NCBI GenBank assembly: GCA_963760795.1
Contig: CAVXEP010000028.1
Coordinates: 32,001-96,000, forward strand
Length of the DNA: 64,000 bases
Reading direction: 5' to 3'
From: an uncultured delta proteobacterium
Lineage (GTDB): Bacteria; Desulfobacterota; Binatia; UBA9968
This document shows positions 10,685 to 22,515 of the stretch, piece by piece. The notes below the pieces were generated by a model. That model saw nothing but the letters and a program-made list of their open reading frames with translations. It searched no databases and was not told where the DNA came from. The number at the start of each line of letters is the position of its first letter. The first letter of the stretch is position 1. The position numbers and the translations under genes were made by a program.

Positions 10685-11701
10685 CTAATTCTTACTTCGG
10701 TCGACCAGGCGATTCTGGCCCAGCCAGGGCATCATCGACCGCAACCCGGCGCCGACTTTCTCCAGCGGATGATTGGCCTGTTCTTTTCTGAGCTCGCTAA
10801 AGTGCGGCGATCCCGTCTTAAACTCGTTGATCCACTCGTCGGCGAATTGACCGGATTGAATGTCCTTTAAAATTTTCTGCATCGCTTGGCGCACTTCCGG
10901 GCCGATTACACGCTTGCCTCGGGTCAAGTCGCCGTATTCCGCAGTGTTGCTGATCGAGTAGCGCATGTTCGTCATGCCGCCCTCGTAGATCAGATCGACG
11001 ATCAGCTTGACTTCATGGACGCATTCGAAATACGCCATCTCGGGCGGATAACCGGCATCGACGAGAGTTTCATAACCAGCATGAATCAACTCGCATAGAC
11101 CACCGCACAATACCGATTGTTCGCCGAAGAGATCAGTCTCGGTTTCGTCCTTGAAGGTGGTCTCGATCACCGCAGCGCGTGCGCCGCCGATGGCGCTGGC
11201 GTAGGCTAAGCCCATCTTGGTCGTATCGCCGCTGGGATCTTGATGTACCGCCAAAAGGCACGGCACGCCGCGTCCCTTCTCGTACTCGCTACGAACCAGG
11301 TGGCCGGGTCCCTTGGGGGCGACCATGAAAACGTTGACACCCGCCGGGGCAACAATTCTCTTGAAATGAATATTGAAACCATGGCCAAAGGCCAAGTAGT
11401 TGCCACTCTTCAATCCCGGCCGGATTTCCTTTTCGTAAGCATCGCCCTGCAACTCGTCGGGCAATAGGACCATGACGATATCCGCCAACGCTACCGCCTC
11501 GGCGGTTTCGACGACTTTGAGGCCGGCGTTTTCCGCCTTCGCCCATGAGCTGCTGCCTTGGCGCAAGCCGACTACGACATCGACGCCCGAGTCGCGCAAA
11601 TTATTGGCATGCGCATGCCCCTGGCTGCCGTAACCGAGCACGGCGACTTTTTTGCCCTTCAACACATTGAGATCCGCATCGCGGTCGTAATAAACTTGCA
11701 T
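10685..11701 (-). CDS. ilvC: Ketol-acid reductoisomerase
   Basis: [31 protein letters not shown]. Confidence 0.98.
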   Translation of the reverse strand: MQVYYDRDADLNVLKGKKVAVLGYGSQGHAHANNLRDSGVDVVVGLRQGSSSWAKAENAGLKVVETAEAVALADIVMVLLPDELQGDAYEKEIRPGLKSGNYLAFGHGFNIHFKRIVAPAGVNVFMVAPKGPGHLVRSEYEKGRGVPCLLAVHQDPSGDTTKMGLAYASAIGGARAAVIETTFKDETETDLFGEQSVLCGGLCELIHAGYETLVDAGYPPEMAYFECVHEVKLIVDLIYEGGMTNMRYSISNTAEYGDLTRGKRVIGPEVRQAMQKILKDIQSGQFADEWINEFKTGSPHFSELRKEQANHPLEKVGAGLRSMMPWLGQNRLVDRSKN

Positions 11702-11734
11702 GGAATGATTTCTCCTCTGAACTTTAGGCTTTCT

Positions 11735-11763
11735 ACTATGCCGTTTGACCCGCCCTAAGTCAA
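11735..11763 (-). promoter_or_regulatory. sigma70-type promoter for ilvC
   Basis: Minus strand TTGACT-N17-CATAGT upstream of an AGAGGAG RBS. Confidence 0.5.
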
Positions 11764-11944
11764 CGACAAGTATCTGTAACCAAACGAGATTTAGTTAGGC
11801 ATCAGGCGGGCGAACGGAGTCCCCTGATAGCGTTATCGAGCTGATAGACCGCCAACCGATGGGTGCATCGCCATTGGCACGGAGATAACGGTTGAGGGAA
11901 GCGCGGTAATCGGCAACGGATATTGTCGTTCCGAAAGTCCCTAG

Positions 11945-12157
11945 ATCAAACCCGGGCTCGCTGGCGCGGCGGTTAGGCGTGCGATCGTTCAGGGGAATGA
12001 AAATGCCGGTGACACCGTCGAAAAAACTGCCGACGCCATCAAAGAGGCCGGTGCCAACGCCAAGGATGCCGGTGGTGGCGCAAGGGACAAGGCTGTCGAT
12101 AAAGCCAAGGAAGTTGGCAAGAACGCCGCCGATAAAATGAAAGATATCATGACCTAA
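11945..12157 (+). pseudogene. LEA/CsbD/YtxH-like Ala/Lys/Asp-rich coding remnant without an in-frame start codon
   Basis: Frame reads ...NENAGDTVEKTADAIKEAGANAKDAGGGARDKAVDKAKEVGKNAADKMKDIMT*; in-frame TAG at 11942 and no upstream ATG/GTG/TTG. Confidence 0.5.
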
Positions 12158-12190
12158 CCACGCTACCGGCCCGTAAGCGAGCCCGCCGTG

Positions 12191-12237
12191 AAAACAAAAC
12201 GCCGGCCATGAATGTTCATGACCGGCGTTTTTGTTTT
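12191..12237. terminator. Bidirectional intrinsic terminator
   Basis: AAAACAAAA-CGCCGGCCATGAA-TG-TTCATGACCGGCG-TTTTTGTTTT. Confidence 0.85.
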
Positions 12238-12270
12238 AGTGAACTGTTGGGACGAATTGACAGCGTCGCG

Positions 12271-12792
12271 TCACGGTTTTAGCAAAGCCGGCTCCCGGCG
12301 TGGCGACGCGGTTCTGGTAGTTTCGCGGGCGATCGCAATCCGGCCGGTGCGGATCAAGTCCTTAATTCCCAACGGCTTGAGCATGTTGATCATGGCCTCG
12401 ACTTTGTCGACATCACCGGTAATTTCAATCGTGTAAGTGAACGGCGACGAGTCGACGATCTTGGCGCGAAAGATTGACGCAATGCGAATCGCTTCGTCGC
12501 GGTGCTCCGGCTTGGTGTGGACTTTGATCAACACCGTCTCGCGGTCCAAAAAGTCGGTTTCGGTATGATCGATGACGCTCAACACCTCGACGACTTTGTT
12601 GAGCTGCTTCATGATCTGTTCAATGATGCGGTCATCACCGACGGTCACGATCGTGATCATCGAAGTCGTCGGGTCCAGGGTAGGCGCCACCGACAAACTC
12701 TCGATATTGTACCCTCTTGCGCTAAAAAGACCTGCGACTCTGGCTAAGACGCCGAATTTATTTTCGACAAGAACCGATATGATATGTTCCAT
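12271..12792 (-). CDS. ilvN: Acetolactate synthase small (regulatory) subunit
   Basis: ISVLVENKFGVLARVAGLFSARGYNIESLSV ACT domain. Confidence 0.96.
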   Translation of the reverse strand: MEHIISVLVENKFGVLARVAGLFSARGYNIESLSVAPTLDPTTSMITIVTVGDDRIIEQIMKQLNKVVEVLSVIDHTETDFLDRETVLIKVHTKPEHRDEAIRIASIFRAKIVDSSPFTYTIEITGDVDKVEAMINMLKPLGIKDLIRTGRIAIARETTRTASPRREPALLKP

Positions 12793-12804
12793 TCGCTAAC
12801 TATA

Positions 12805-14586
12805 TCAGGCAGGAAGAACCCCCTCGCCTTCATCCACCTTTCTCTTATGTACTGTTCCACCCTTGCGCGCTTGAATGAGTTCCGGCGGGTCTTCGAGCAT
12901 CATTTCATGCTGCGCTCCGCCGGCGGGAATCATCGGATAGCAATTTTCGAACGGATCGGTATGAATGTCCATCAACACCGGCCCCTTGTGCTTTAACCCT
13001 TCTTTGAGAACCCCTTCGACTTCGCCGGGCTTCAGCGCGCGCAAGCCTTTAATGCCATAGGCATCGGCAAGCTTCACGAAGTCCGGCTTATTTCCCAGCA
13101 GACTCGCCGAATAGCGGCTCTCGTAAAATAGGTCTTGCCACTGGCGCACCATGCCGTGCACGCCGTTGTTGAGCAAAACGATCTTCACCGGTAGGTTATG
13201 TTCGGCCGCCACCACCAGCTCCTGCAGATTCATCTGAAAACTGCCTTCGCTGGTGATACAAACCACCTGGCGGTTGGGGAACGCGACCTGGGCGCCGATG
13301 GCGGCTGGGAAACCAAAACCCATGGTGCCCAAACCACCCGAGGTAAGCCACGTGCGCGGCTTTTTTCCTTTGAAATACTGTGCCGCGAACATCTGGTGCT
13401 GGCCGACATCGGTGGCGACGATGGCTTCATGCTTGGTCAGCTCGTAGAGCTTCTCGACAACATACTGCGGCTTGGTGATCTTATCGTCTTGCTTGTAAAC
13501 CAGCGGATGCTCTTTCTTCCAAGCATTGATCTGCTTGAGCCATGGCGCGCGCCGCGCTTTCATTGCGGTCGGGTTACCGTCCAGCGAACGCAACACAACG
13601 TTCATCTGGCGCAGCACCGATTTGACATCACCGACGATCGGAATATGGGCATGAAACGTCTTGCGTATCGACGTCGGATCGATATCGATATGAATGACCC
13701 GGGCCTCGGGGCAAAATTCCGAGAGTTTGCCGGTGACGCGATCGTCGAACCGAGCGCCCACGGCGATCAATAAATCTGCCTGGTGCATCGCCATGTTGCT
13801 CCAGTAGCCACCATGCATTCCCAACATCCCCAAGGATAGCTCGTGGGTTCCAGGGAAGGTACCGAGCCCCATTAGCGTCATGGTCACAGGAATTTGCGTG
13901 ATCTCAGCGAGCTCGCGGACCTCGTCGGCAGCATCGCCAAACACCGCGCCGCCGCCGACGTAGATGATCGCCCTCTTCGCCGTCATGATCGCTTCAGCCG
14001 CTTGCTTGATCTGCGATTTATCGCCGCCGGTGAACGGGCGATAGCCGCGCAAATTGATCTTGTCAGGATATTTGAATTCAGCCTTGGCCATACTGACATC
14101 TTTGGGGATATCGACCAAAACCGGCCCCGGTCTGCCGCTGGTCGCGATGTAAAACGCTTCCTTCACCGCTTGAGCGAGATCGTTCACGTCTTTCACCAAC
14201 ACGTTATGCTTAGTGCAGGGGCGGCTGATTCCGACATTATCGGCTTCTTGGAACGCATCGTTGCCGATCAGATCGGTGGAAACTTGCCCGGTGAAAGCGA
14301 CCAACGGCACCGAGTCCATGTGCGCGTCGGCCAAGCCGGTGACAATATTCGTCATGCCGGGCCCGGAAGTCACCAGCACCACGCCAGCCTTGCCGGTCGC
14401 CTTGGCATAGCCCTCGGCCATATGGGCTGCACCCTGCTCATGGCGAGTCAAGATCAACTGCAAATCTTTGCGCTGGCACAAGACATCGAAAATTTTCAGG
14501 ACGACGCCGCCGGGCAAACCGAAAATAGTTTTCACCCCTTCGCGGCGCAGCGATTCGCAAAAAATTTCTGCTCCGGTAATTTTCAT
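12805..14586 (-). CDS. ilvB: Acetolactate synthase large subunit, biosynthetic type
   Basis: RHEQGAAHMAEGYA, TSGPG, DAFQEAD, DVGQHQM, SGGLGTMGFG. Confidence 0.97.
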   Translation of the reverse strand: MKITGAEIFCESLRREGVKTIFGLPGGVVLKIFDVLCQRKDLQLILTRHEQGAAHMAEGYAKATGKAGVVLVTSGPGMTNIVTGLADAHMDSVPLVAFTGQVSTDLIGNDAFQEADNVGISRPCTKHNVLVKDVNDLAQAVKEAFYIATSGRPGPVLVDIPKDVSMAKAEFKYPDKINLRGYRPFTGGDKSQIKQAAEAIMTAKRAIIYVGGGAVFGDAADEVRELAEITQIPVTMTLMGLGTFPGTHELSLGMLGMHGGYWSNMAMHQADLLIAVGARFDDRVTGKLSEFCPEARVIHIDIDPTSIRKTFHAHIPIVGDVKSVLRQMNVVLRSLDGNPTAMKARRAPWLKQINAWKKEHPLVYKQDDKITKPQYVVEKLYELTKHEAIVATDVGQHQMFAAQYFKGKKPRTWLTSGGLGTMGFGFPAAIGAQVAFPNRQVVCITSEGSFQMNLQELVVAAEHNLPVKIVLLNNGVHGMVRQWQDLFYESRYSASLLGNKPDFVKLADAYGIKGLRALKPGEVEGVLKEGLKHKGPVLMDIHTDPFENCYPMIPAGGAQHEMMLEDPPELIQARKGGTVHKRKVDEGEGVLPA

Positions 14587-14612
14587 GGGACTCCTTAGCT
14601 CCGGCCGCCGAA

Positions 14613-14831
14613 CTAACGGTGCTTGCCGAGCAGCTCCATCATCTTGTCTTTGCCGACAAGCTTAAGTTTTTGGATACGTTTCATTTCAACTTCTTCATCC
14701 GCCGACAAATGCACTTTATGCTGAAATGCGGCAAGTTGCTTCTCAAGGGCTAGGTGCTCATCGTAGTATTTCTTAAGCTCTGGATCCTTATCCAGCAGGG
14801 AGACGATCACCGTTTCTTCACTAATTTCCAT
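14613..14831 (-). CDS. DUF465/YdcH-like small coiled-coil protein
   Basis: 72 aa, EHLALEKQL...KRIQKLKLVGKDKM; AAGGAGG RBS. Confidence 0.8.
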   Translation of the reverse strand: MEISEETVIVSLLDKDPELKKYYDEHLALEKQLAAFQHKVHLSADEEVEMKRIQKLKLVGKDKMMELLGKHR

Positions 14832-14873
14832 AATAGCGGCCTCCTTTGGGAAATCTTAATTCTGAGCGGGCTC

Positions 14874-14902
14874 AATTTAACTTACGGTCAGTAGATTGTC
14901 AA
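14874..14902 (-). promoter_or_regulatory. sigma70-type promoter for DUF465-ilvB-ilvN
   Basis: Minus strand TTGACA-N17-TAAATT. Confidence 0.7.
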
Positions 14903-14918
14903 CGTGGCTTTCTCTTTA

Positions 14919-15665
14919 TTATTTCAACGAGTTAGGGACAAATCCGTGAGTATTTCCGAGGCCCAAATAAGCACCTAAATAGACCGGCACCAGCTGGCCT
15001 AAATCACCCCCGGGAGCGTCGGCAAAGCGCTCAAGCGCTAAACGCGCCACCGCGTGGGCTGCACTCTCGGCACCAGCTTCGCCAATGAGCTGAGCCCGCC
15101 CATCGAACATGCGCAGTAACTCCTCGCGATAACGTTCGGCACCAGCGCCAACAAAAGCGATTGGCGGCGCTAGAGGTGCTGGATCGAAAAGGGTTGCGAG
15201 GGTGGTGATTGCACACGCCCGATCGGCCATCCGGCGCAGCAGGATGCCATCGCGCCGATCGAATAAGGCGGCGTAGACTTCTTGCTTGCGCGCGTCGAGC
15301 AACGGACAGATAGGCCCGGCCAAATCTTGCACACGCGCGGCTTGCGCCTCGAGGCTTGACACCCCAATGACCGGCAAGTTGCCGTCGTAGGCCAAGCCTT
15401 TGACGAGAGCGAGACCGATGCGCAATCCGGTATACGAACCGGGACCGATGGCTATGGCAATAGCGCCGAGCTCAGCAATCCGGCACTCGGCTTTGTCGAG
15501 CACCGCTTGGATTTGCAACAAAACGGTCTCTGAGTGGTTACCCCTAGCACCGGCTAAGCCGATTGAAATTTCGCGCCCATCACCGGCTTCGGCGATCAGT
15601 TGGTCGTCTTCGATTAAAGCAACACCGGCGGTGGTTGTGGAGGTGTCAACGCCCAGTATCCTCAT
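14919..15665 (-). CDS. tsaB: tRNA threonylcarbamoyladenosine biosynthesis protein
   Basis: ILGVDTST, GPGSYTGLRIG, LDARKQEVY, PVYL. Confidence 0.93.
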   Translation of the reverse strand: MRILGVDTSTTTAGVALIEDDQLIAEAGDGREISIGLAGARGNHSETVLLQIQAVLDKAECRIAELGAIAIAIGPGSYTGLRIGLALVKGLAYDGNLPVIGVSSLEAQAARVQDLAGPICPLLDARKQEVYAALFDRRDGILLRRMADRACAITTLATLFDPAPLAPPIAFVGAGAERYREELLRMFDGRAQLIGEAGAESAAHAVARLALERFADAPGGDLGQLVPVYLGAYLGLGNTHGFVPNSLK

Positions 15666-16744
15666 CCACCGACCTGCTTCTCGAAAAACCGCACGATGTC
15701 GTTGTAAAAGGCGTAAACCATCAACAAGGCCAGCAGACAGATACCGACCTGCTGGGCCATCTCGCGCACACGCACCGAGACCGGTTTGCGAATCACCGCC
15801 TCGACCAGAAAGAATAACAAGTGGCCACCATCGAGCACCGGCACCGGCAAGAGATTTAGCACGCCCAAATTGATGCTCAGCACGGCGAGGAAATGGAGAA
15901 AGTTCCCGACCCCCTCTTGGGCCTGCTGCCCGGCCATCTGAGCGATCAGAATCGGACCGCCGATATTCTTGGGCGAGACATCGCCCGTGATCATTTTGTA
16001 AAAAGCCAGGAGCGTAATCTTGATGTAGTCCCAGGTTTGCGTAAAAGCTCTACCGATGGCGAGCCCCGGCTTGCCTTTTTCGATGGTGCCCTGACTGCCG
16101 ATACCAATCATCCAGTCGTCTTTACGCTCGCCAAAAATGTTGCGGCCCTCTTTTTTTGTCGGCTGCACCGTCACCTTGACCGTTTCGCTGCCACGGCGAA
16201 TTTCTAGATTTATAGGCTTGCCCTGACTGCCTTTGATGGTTTGCGATAGCGCCTCCCACTCCGCCACCGTCTTACCGTCTATGGCGACAATCCGATCGCC
16301 TTTGGCGACACCGGCCTGTTCCGCCGGCGACCCCTTCTCCACACCACTGACCAGCGTCGACATTACCGGCACGCCGTAAAAAACAAACACCAGCATGAGT
16401 AGCAAGACCGCCAACATCAAATTAAATCCCGGGCCGGCAAAGACGATGGCGCAACGTTTGAATAGACTCTTGTGCGCGAAGGATCTTTCCCTGTCGGCTT
16501 GAGCAACTTCTTCGTCCGGATCTTCGCCGATCATTTTGACGTATCCGCCCAAGGGAAACGCGCTCAAGGCGTACTCGGTTTCGCCTTTCTTGCGAACGAA
16601 CAGCTTGGGGCCGAAGCCGACGGAAAAGGTCAGCACGCCGACCCCGGATAGCTTGGCGATTAGGAAATGGCCGAACTCATGAAATACGATGAGCAAACCC
16701 AAACCGACCACAGCTGAACCGATCGAATAAAGAACACTTTCCAT
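15662..16744 (-). CDS. rseP: RIP metalloprotease
   Basis: HEFGH, FSVGFGP, PDZ domain, NLLPVPVLDGG. Confidence 0.96.
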   Translation of the reverse strand: MESVLYSIGSAVVGLGLLIVFHEFGHFLIAKLSGVGVLTFSVGFGPKLFVRKKGETEYALSAFPLGGYVKMIGEDPDEEVAQADRERSFAHKSLFKRCAIVFAGPGFNLMLAVLLLMLVFVFYGVPVMSTLVSGVEKGSPAEQAGVAKGDRIVAIDGKTVAEWEALSQTIKGSQGKPINLEIRRGSETVKVTVQPTKKEGRNIFGERKDDWMIGIGSQGTIEKGKPGLAIGRAFTQTWDYIKITLLAFYKMITGDVSPKNIGGPILIAQMAGQQAQEGVGNFLHFLAVLSINLGVLNLLPVPVLDGGHLLFFLVEAVIRKPVSVRVREMAQQVGICLLALLMVYAFYNDIVRFFEKQVGG

Positions 16745-16770
16745 CGCGATACTCCTCTAGATAAACTCGA

Positions 16771-17919
16771 CTAATTAACGTAAGCCGATGCAACCTCGCG
16801 GGCCCAGCGGTCGATATCGATGACGTCGTCGACGTTCTTGGCGTGCGTAGTTTGATGCCGCTGCATGGTTCGATCAATTATACGATGAATTTCGCGAAAT
16901 CCTATCCTACCTGCCAAAAAAGCCGCCACCGCCACCTCGTTGGCTGCGTTAAGCACCGCGGGCATGGTGCCGCCCTCAATTAACGCTGCGTAGGCTAACG
17001 CGAGAGCGGGAAAGCGTTTTTTCTCCACTGGTAGGAAGTTAAGCTCGCCATGCTTGGTCAAATCAAGCGGCTCCCAACTGCCCTTGAGACGGTGCGGATA
17101 GGCCAACGCATACGCGATCGGTATGCGCATGTCGGCAATGCCCAATTGCGCCATGATCGCGCCGTCTTGATAACGCACCATTGAATGGACAACGCTCTGC
17201 GGGTGGATCACCACTTGAATACCGCTCGGTTCCATGTCGAATTCCCAGCGCGCCTCGACGACTTCCAATCCTTTGTTCATCATCGTAGCCGAATCGATGG
17301 TAATCTTCCGGCCCATTTTCCAGTTGGGATGCTTGAGCGCCTGGTTGATTGAGACCTTTGCCAAACGATTGAGCGGTGTGCGCAGGAACGGCCCGCCCGA
17401 CGCGGTCAAGATGAGCCTGTCGACGTCGCTGCGCTGGTTCCCTTGCAAGCACTGAAAGATCGCGCTGTGCTCGCTATCCACCGGCAAAAGCCGCACGCCC
17501 TTTTTCTTGGCCGCCATGACAAACAACTCGCCGGCCATGACCAACGCTTCCTTGTTGGCTAGAGCGATTTCTTTACCGGCTATTAAACCCTGTAGCGTCG
17601 GCATAAGCCCAGCAGCGCCAACGATCGCCGCTAATACAACGTCTACTTTAGATAGGGTGGCCACGACGATGGCCCCGGCTTGGCCGGATAAGATTTCAAC
17701 TTTATGCTTGCCCAACAATTTGCGCAGCGGCGCGATATCTTCCTCGCGCTCGATGGCTACAACTGCCGGGGAAAATTCTATTATTTGCCGGGCCAGCAAT
17801 GGCATATTGCGGCCCGCCACCATGCCATGGACTTTGAAGCGCTCGGGAAATTCACGGACCAGCGCCAGGGTGCTAACGCCGATTGATCCAGTGGAACCCA
17901 ACAGGGCGATTGTTCTCAT
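16771..17919 (-). CDS. dxr: 1-deoxy-D-xylulose-5-phosphate reductoisomerase
   Basis: LGSTGSIG, LANKE, PVDSEHSAIFQ, KITIDSATMMNKGLE. Confidence 0.98.
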   Translation of the reverse strand: MRTIALLGSTGSIGVSTLALVREFPERFKVHGMVAGRNMPLLARQIIEFSPAVVAIEREEDIAPLRKLLGKHKVEILSGQAGAIVVATLSKVDVVLAAIVGAAGLMPTLQGLIAGKEIALANKEALVMAGELFVMAAKKKGVRLLPVDSEHSAIFQCLQGNQRSDVDRLILTASGGPFLRTPLNRLAKVSINQALKHPNWKMGRKITIDSATMMNKGLEVVEARWEFDMEPSGIQVVIHPQSVVHSMVRYQDGAIMAQLGIADMRIPIAYALAYPHRLKGSWEPLDLTKHGELNFLPVEKKRFPALALAYAALIEGGTMPAVLNAANEVAVAAFLAGRIGFREIHRIIDRTMQRHQTTHAKNVDDVIDIDRWAREVASAYVN

Positions 17920-18722
17920 GGATGAATGACCTTTAAATAAAATGTTGCGAAGACTACCGGAAAAATCAAACTATCGAGCCGATCCAAAACCCCGCCATGG
18001 CCAGGCAATAACTCACCGGAATCCTTGACGGCGAACGCGCGCTTGATCAAAGACTCAAAAAGATCGCCGATCTGGCCTAGGACACTGAGGACTAGCGAGA
18101 GCATGACGATTTCCAAGATTCCCGCGGGCAACGATAGTACCGCCATGGCGCCCAGACCGACGACGATGCTGCCGATCATATAGGCGACCGAGCCTTCGAC
18201 CGTTTTGCTCGGACTGAGCTGTGGCGCCAGCTTCCGCTGGCCAAAATGCTTGCCGATGAAATAGGCCGAGGAATCGCCAGCCATGATGACCACCAACACA
18301 AAGGCCACCCAGGCCCGGCCATCTTTAAGCTGAAACAACAGGGTCAACTGCGGGACGAGAAAGCCGATGTACAACCCACCGAGCAATGTCCAACTCAACC
18401 GGTTGAAGCACTCCGTGAGCGACCCGCCTGACCATAACACGCTAGAGAATAGTAATATCAAGAGCAGACTAAGCCCAAATGCCGTTGCCGACGCGGGAAC
18501 TACCATGACGGTCAGACCGATGGCACTACCGAATAGAATACCGCCCCACTGCCGCCCGGGATCGCCGGGACAGATCATCGCGAAGTACTCTTGCAATGCA
18601 GCAACGGTAAGCACAAAAAAGGTTAGCGAAAAGAGCCACGGCGCGCCCCAGCCAACCAACCAGCCCAAAAGCGGCAGCCCCACAGCGGCGGTGGCAATCC
18701 GCGCTTTAAGATTTCGGTCCAC
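17916..18722 (-). CDS. cdsA: Phosphatidate cytidylyltransferase
   Basis: SPSKTVEG, GDLFESLIKR, KDSGELLPGHGGVLDRLDS; GTG start at 18722 after GGAGG. Confidence 0.93.
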   Translation of the reverse strand: MDRNLKARIATAAVGLPLLGWLVGWGAPWLFSLTFFVLTVAALQEYFAMICPGDPGRQWGGILFGSAIGLTVMVVPASATAFGLSLLLILLFSSVLWSGGSLTECFNRLSWTLLGGLYIGFLVPQLTLLFQLKDGRAWVAFVLVVIMAGDSSAYFIGKHFGQRKLAPQLSPSKTVEGSVAYMIGSIVVGLGAMAVLSLPAGILEIVMLSLVLSVLGQIGDLFESLIKRAFAVKDSGELLPGHGGVLDRLDSLIFPVVFATFYLKVIHP

Positions 18723-19485
18723 CCGCCTCCAACATGGCCATCGGGTTTTGCGCCAGTTGTTCATCGGTGCGGCCAAAACGGCGGCGCCGCCGTTGATAAT
18801 CGAGCAGCGCCTGGAGATATTCTTTCTCGCGAAAATCCGGCCACAGTGTCGGTGTGATATAAAGCTCGCTGTAGGCGATCTGCCACAGAAAAAAATTGCT
18901 GATACGCATCTCGCCGCTAGTGCGAATCAAGAGATCGGGATCGGGCACCCCCGCGGTGTCGAGCTGGGAGGAAATCCACTGCTCAGTGATAGCCTCCGGT
19001 TCACACTGCCCGGCTTTCACCTGCTGCGCCAAGTTTCTTGCCATACGCACGATATCGTCCCGGCCGCTGTAACTGAGTGCCAGGACGACAGTCATGCGCT
19101 GGTTGTTCGCCGTGGTTGCAATGACACTCTCCAGGGTGCACCGCACGCCAGCGGGCAACCGGCTGCGGTCGCCCACGGTTAGCAGGCGAATGCCATAACG
19201 CATCATCTTGGCCTGCTCCGCCACGAGATAATGTTCCAGCAACCCCATCAAGGCCTCGACCTCGTCGTCGGGACGAAACCAGTTTTCGGTGGAAAAAGCG
19301 TAGAGGGAAAGGTAGCGGATGCCGATCTTTCGGCTCATCTCGACAATGACGCGCACCGAGGTTTTACCGCGCCGATGTCCTTCAATGCGATGCTTATGCC
19401 GTTGGGTTGCCCAGCGCCCGTTGCCGTCCATGATGATGGCGACATGTTGCGGCAAACGGCTCTTATCGAGACCGTCTAACTCCAC
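18706..19485 (-). CDS. uppS: Undecaprenyl diphosphate synthase (isoprenyl transferase)
   Basis: HVAIIMDGNGRWA, YAFSTENW, LIRTSGEMRISNFFLWQ. Confidence 0.97.
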   Translation of the reverse strand: MELDGLDKSRLPQHVAIIMDGNGRWATQRHKHRIEGHRRGKTSVRVIVEMSRKIGIRYLSLYAFSTENWFRPDDEVEALMGLLEHYLVAEQAKMMRYGIRLLTVGDRSRLPAGVRCTLESVIATTANNQRMTVVLALSYSGRDDIVRMARNLAQQVKAGQCEPEAITEQWISSQLDTAGVPDPDLLIRTSGEMRISNFFLWQIAYSELYITPTLWPDFREKEYLQALLDYQRRRRRFGRTDEQLAQNPMAMLEAGGPKS

Positions 19486-19590
19486 GGCAACCTGCCTAGA
19501 TAAGCGTTCATCGGTAAATGAGAAAAGTATCGTCGAGAGGGTGACGTCGGATAGGGCACAAGGAAGGCAAGGAAAAATTGCGACGTCGGG

Positions 19591-20888
<1,298 letters not shown>

Positions 20889-20895
20889 CTACGCG

Positions 20896-21504
20896 CTAGT
20901 CCTTCGCCACCCCTTCGCCAAGGTGATAACGGGCAAAGCGGCGCACCTGAATATTCTCACCCAGCCGCGCGATCGCATCGTTGACGACATCGATGACTTT
21001 CTTGTCGGGATCTTTAACAAACGACTGTTCCAGCAAGCAGGCTTCGGAGTAAAACTTCTCCATTTTGCCCTGGACAATCATCTCGACGACTTTTTCCGGC
21101 TTGCCGGACTCTAGCGCTTGTTGGCGATAGATAGCCTTTTCGCGCTCGAATTCGTCGGCTGAGACTTCCTCACGGCGGACGCAACGCGGATTGGTCGCCG
21201 CGACTTGCATGGCGACATCCTTCAGCAAACTTTGGAATTCCGCGGTTCGCGCGACGAAATCGGTCTCGCAATTGATTTCGACCAAGACGCCAAGCTTGCC
21301 GCCGGCATGGACATAAGCGCCAATGGCGCCATCTGTAGCCAGGCGATCGGCTTTCTTTGCCGCCGCGGCCAACCCCTTTTGACGCAAATAATCGACCGCC
21401 TTTGGCAAATCCCCAGAGGTCTCGGCAAGCGCTTTTTTACAATCCATCATCCCGGCTCCGGTTTTTTCCCGAAGCTCTTTGACTAAACTCGCTGTCACTT
21501 CCAT
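20896..21504 (-). CDS. tsf: Translation elongation factor Ts (short form)
   Basis: VKELREKTGAGMMDCKKAL, EINCETDFVA; 202 aa. Confidence 0.98.
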   Translation of the reverse strand: MEVTASLVKELREKTGAGMMDCKKALAETSGDLPKAVDYLRQKGLAAAAKKADRLATDGAIGAYVHAGGKLGVLVEINCETDFVARTAEFQSLLKDVAMQVAATNPRCVRREEVSADEFEREKAIYRQQALESGKPEKVVEMIVQGKMEKFYSEACLLEQSFVKDPDKKVIDVVNDAIARLGENIQVRRFARYHLGEGVAKD

Positions 21505-21509
21505 GTCGC

Positions 21510-22286
21510 CTAAACTCCTCCGACCGCGCTTTCCATCGTCACCGCGGCGCCATCACCCGCCTGCCGGTCATCAACCTTATCCTTCACCAAGGACTGCTCG
21601 TACATCGTTCGCCCTTCAATCACCGCCTCGGCGATCGCCGAGCAGAACAATCGAATCGCCCGGATCGCGTCGTCATTGCCGGGCACCTTGTAATCGATCA
21701 TATCTGGATCGCAATTACTGTCGATCACCGCGATCACCGGGACACCGAGCTTACGTGCCTCTTTGACGGCGATTTCTTCTTGTTTCGGATCGATGACAAA
21801 AATGGCGTCGGGCAGCTTCTTCATCGCCTTGATTCCACCCAGCGATTGCTCCAGCTTGTCCTTTTCGCGGCTCAGACCGAGCATTTCTTTCTTGGTTAGC
21901 GCATCGACGACCTTAGGATCATTCTCCATCTCCTCGATCTTGCGCAATCGTTCGATGCTCTGGCGAATCGTCGTAAAGTTGGTTAGCGTACCGCCGAGCC
22001 AGCGGTTGTGGACATAGTACATGCCGCAGCGGGTCGCTTCTTCGCGGATCGCATCCTGGGCTTGCTTCTTGGTGCCGACAAACAGCACATGGCCGCCGGA
22101 AGCCGCCAAGTCACGCACCACCGCTTCGAGATCCTTGAACATCGACACCGTCTGCTGCAGATCGATGATGTGAATGCCATTACGCGCACCGAAGATGTAA
22201 GGCTTCATCTTCGGGTTCCACCGGCTGGTCTGGTGCCCGAAATGGACACCTGCCTCCAGCAACTGTTTCATAGTAATCTCTGCCAT
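21510..22286 (-). CDS. rpsB: 30S ribosomal protein S2
   Basis: [34 protein letters not shown]; start at MAEITM after AAGGAG. Confidence 0.98.
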   Translation of the reverse strand: MAEITMKQLLEAGVHFGHQTSRWNPKMKPYIFGARNGIHIIDLQQTVSMFKDLEAVVRDLAASGGHVLFVGTKKQAQDAIREEATRCGMYYVHNRWLGGTLTNFTTIRQSIERLRKIEEMENDPKVVDALTKKEMLGLSREKDKLEQSLGGIKAMKKLPDAIFVIDPKQEEIAVKEARKLGVPVIAVIDSNCDPDMIDYKVPGNDDAIRAIRLFCSAIAEAVIEGRTMYEQSLVKDKVDDRQAGDGAAVTMESAVGGV

Positions 22287-22289
22287 ACT

Positions 22290-22378
22290 GCTCCTTCGTG
22301 GTTTTCCCTCCCCTCGCGTCTTTTCGCCACCGCACCTAGTCTTAGGCACCGCGATAACGATCGGCGAGGGTGTGTATT
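22290..22378 (-). promoter_or_regulatory. Probable rpsB (S2) autoregulatory leader RNA
   Basis: Minus strand ACACACCCTCGC...GCGAGGGGAGG long stem directly upstream of the rpsB RBS, resembling S2 leaders. Confidence 0.55.
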
Positions 22379-22515
22379 GAAATTGATAAAACCTTCGGAA
22401 CGTTGCCGGGCGGTCAACCCTTCAAAATCCCAAGGACGAAACTAATGACGACGTTGCTCCGGGTTTTAACAGAGAACGCCATTTGACGCAAGTTTGGCGA
22501 CTGGCGCGATGGCCC

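Noticed and set aside
20896-21504. Truncated EF-Ts
   Set aside because: EF-Ts of about 200 aa is a normal short form in several bacterial lineages.
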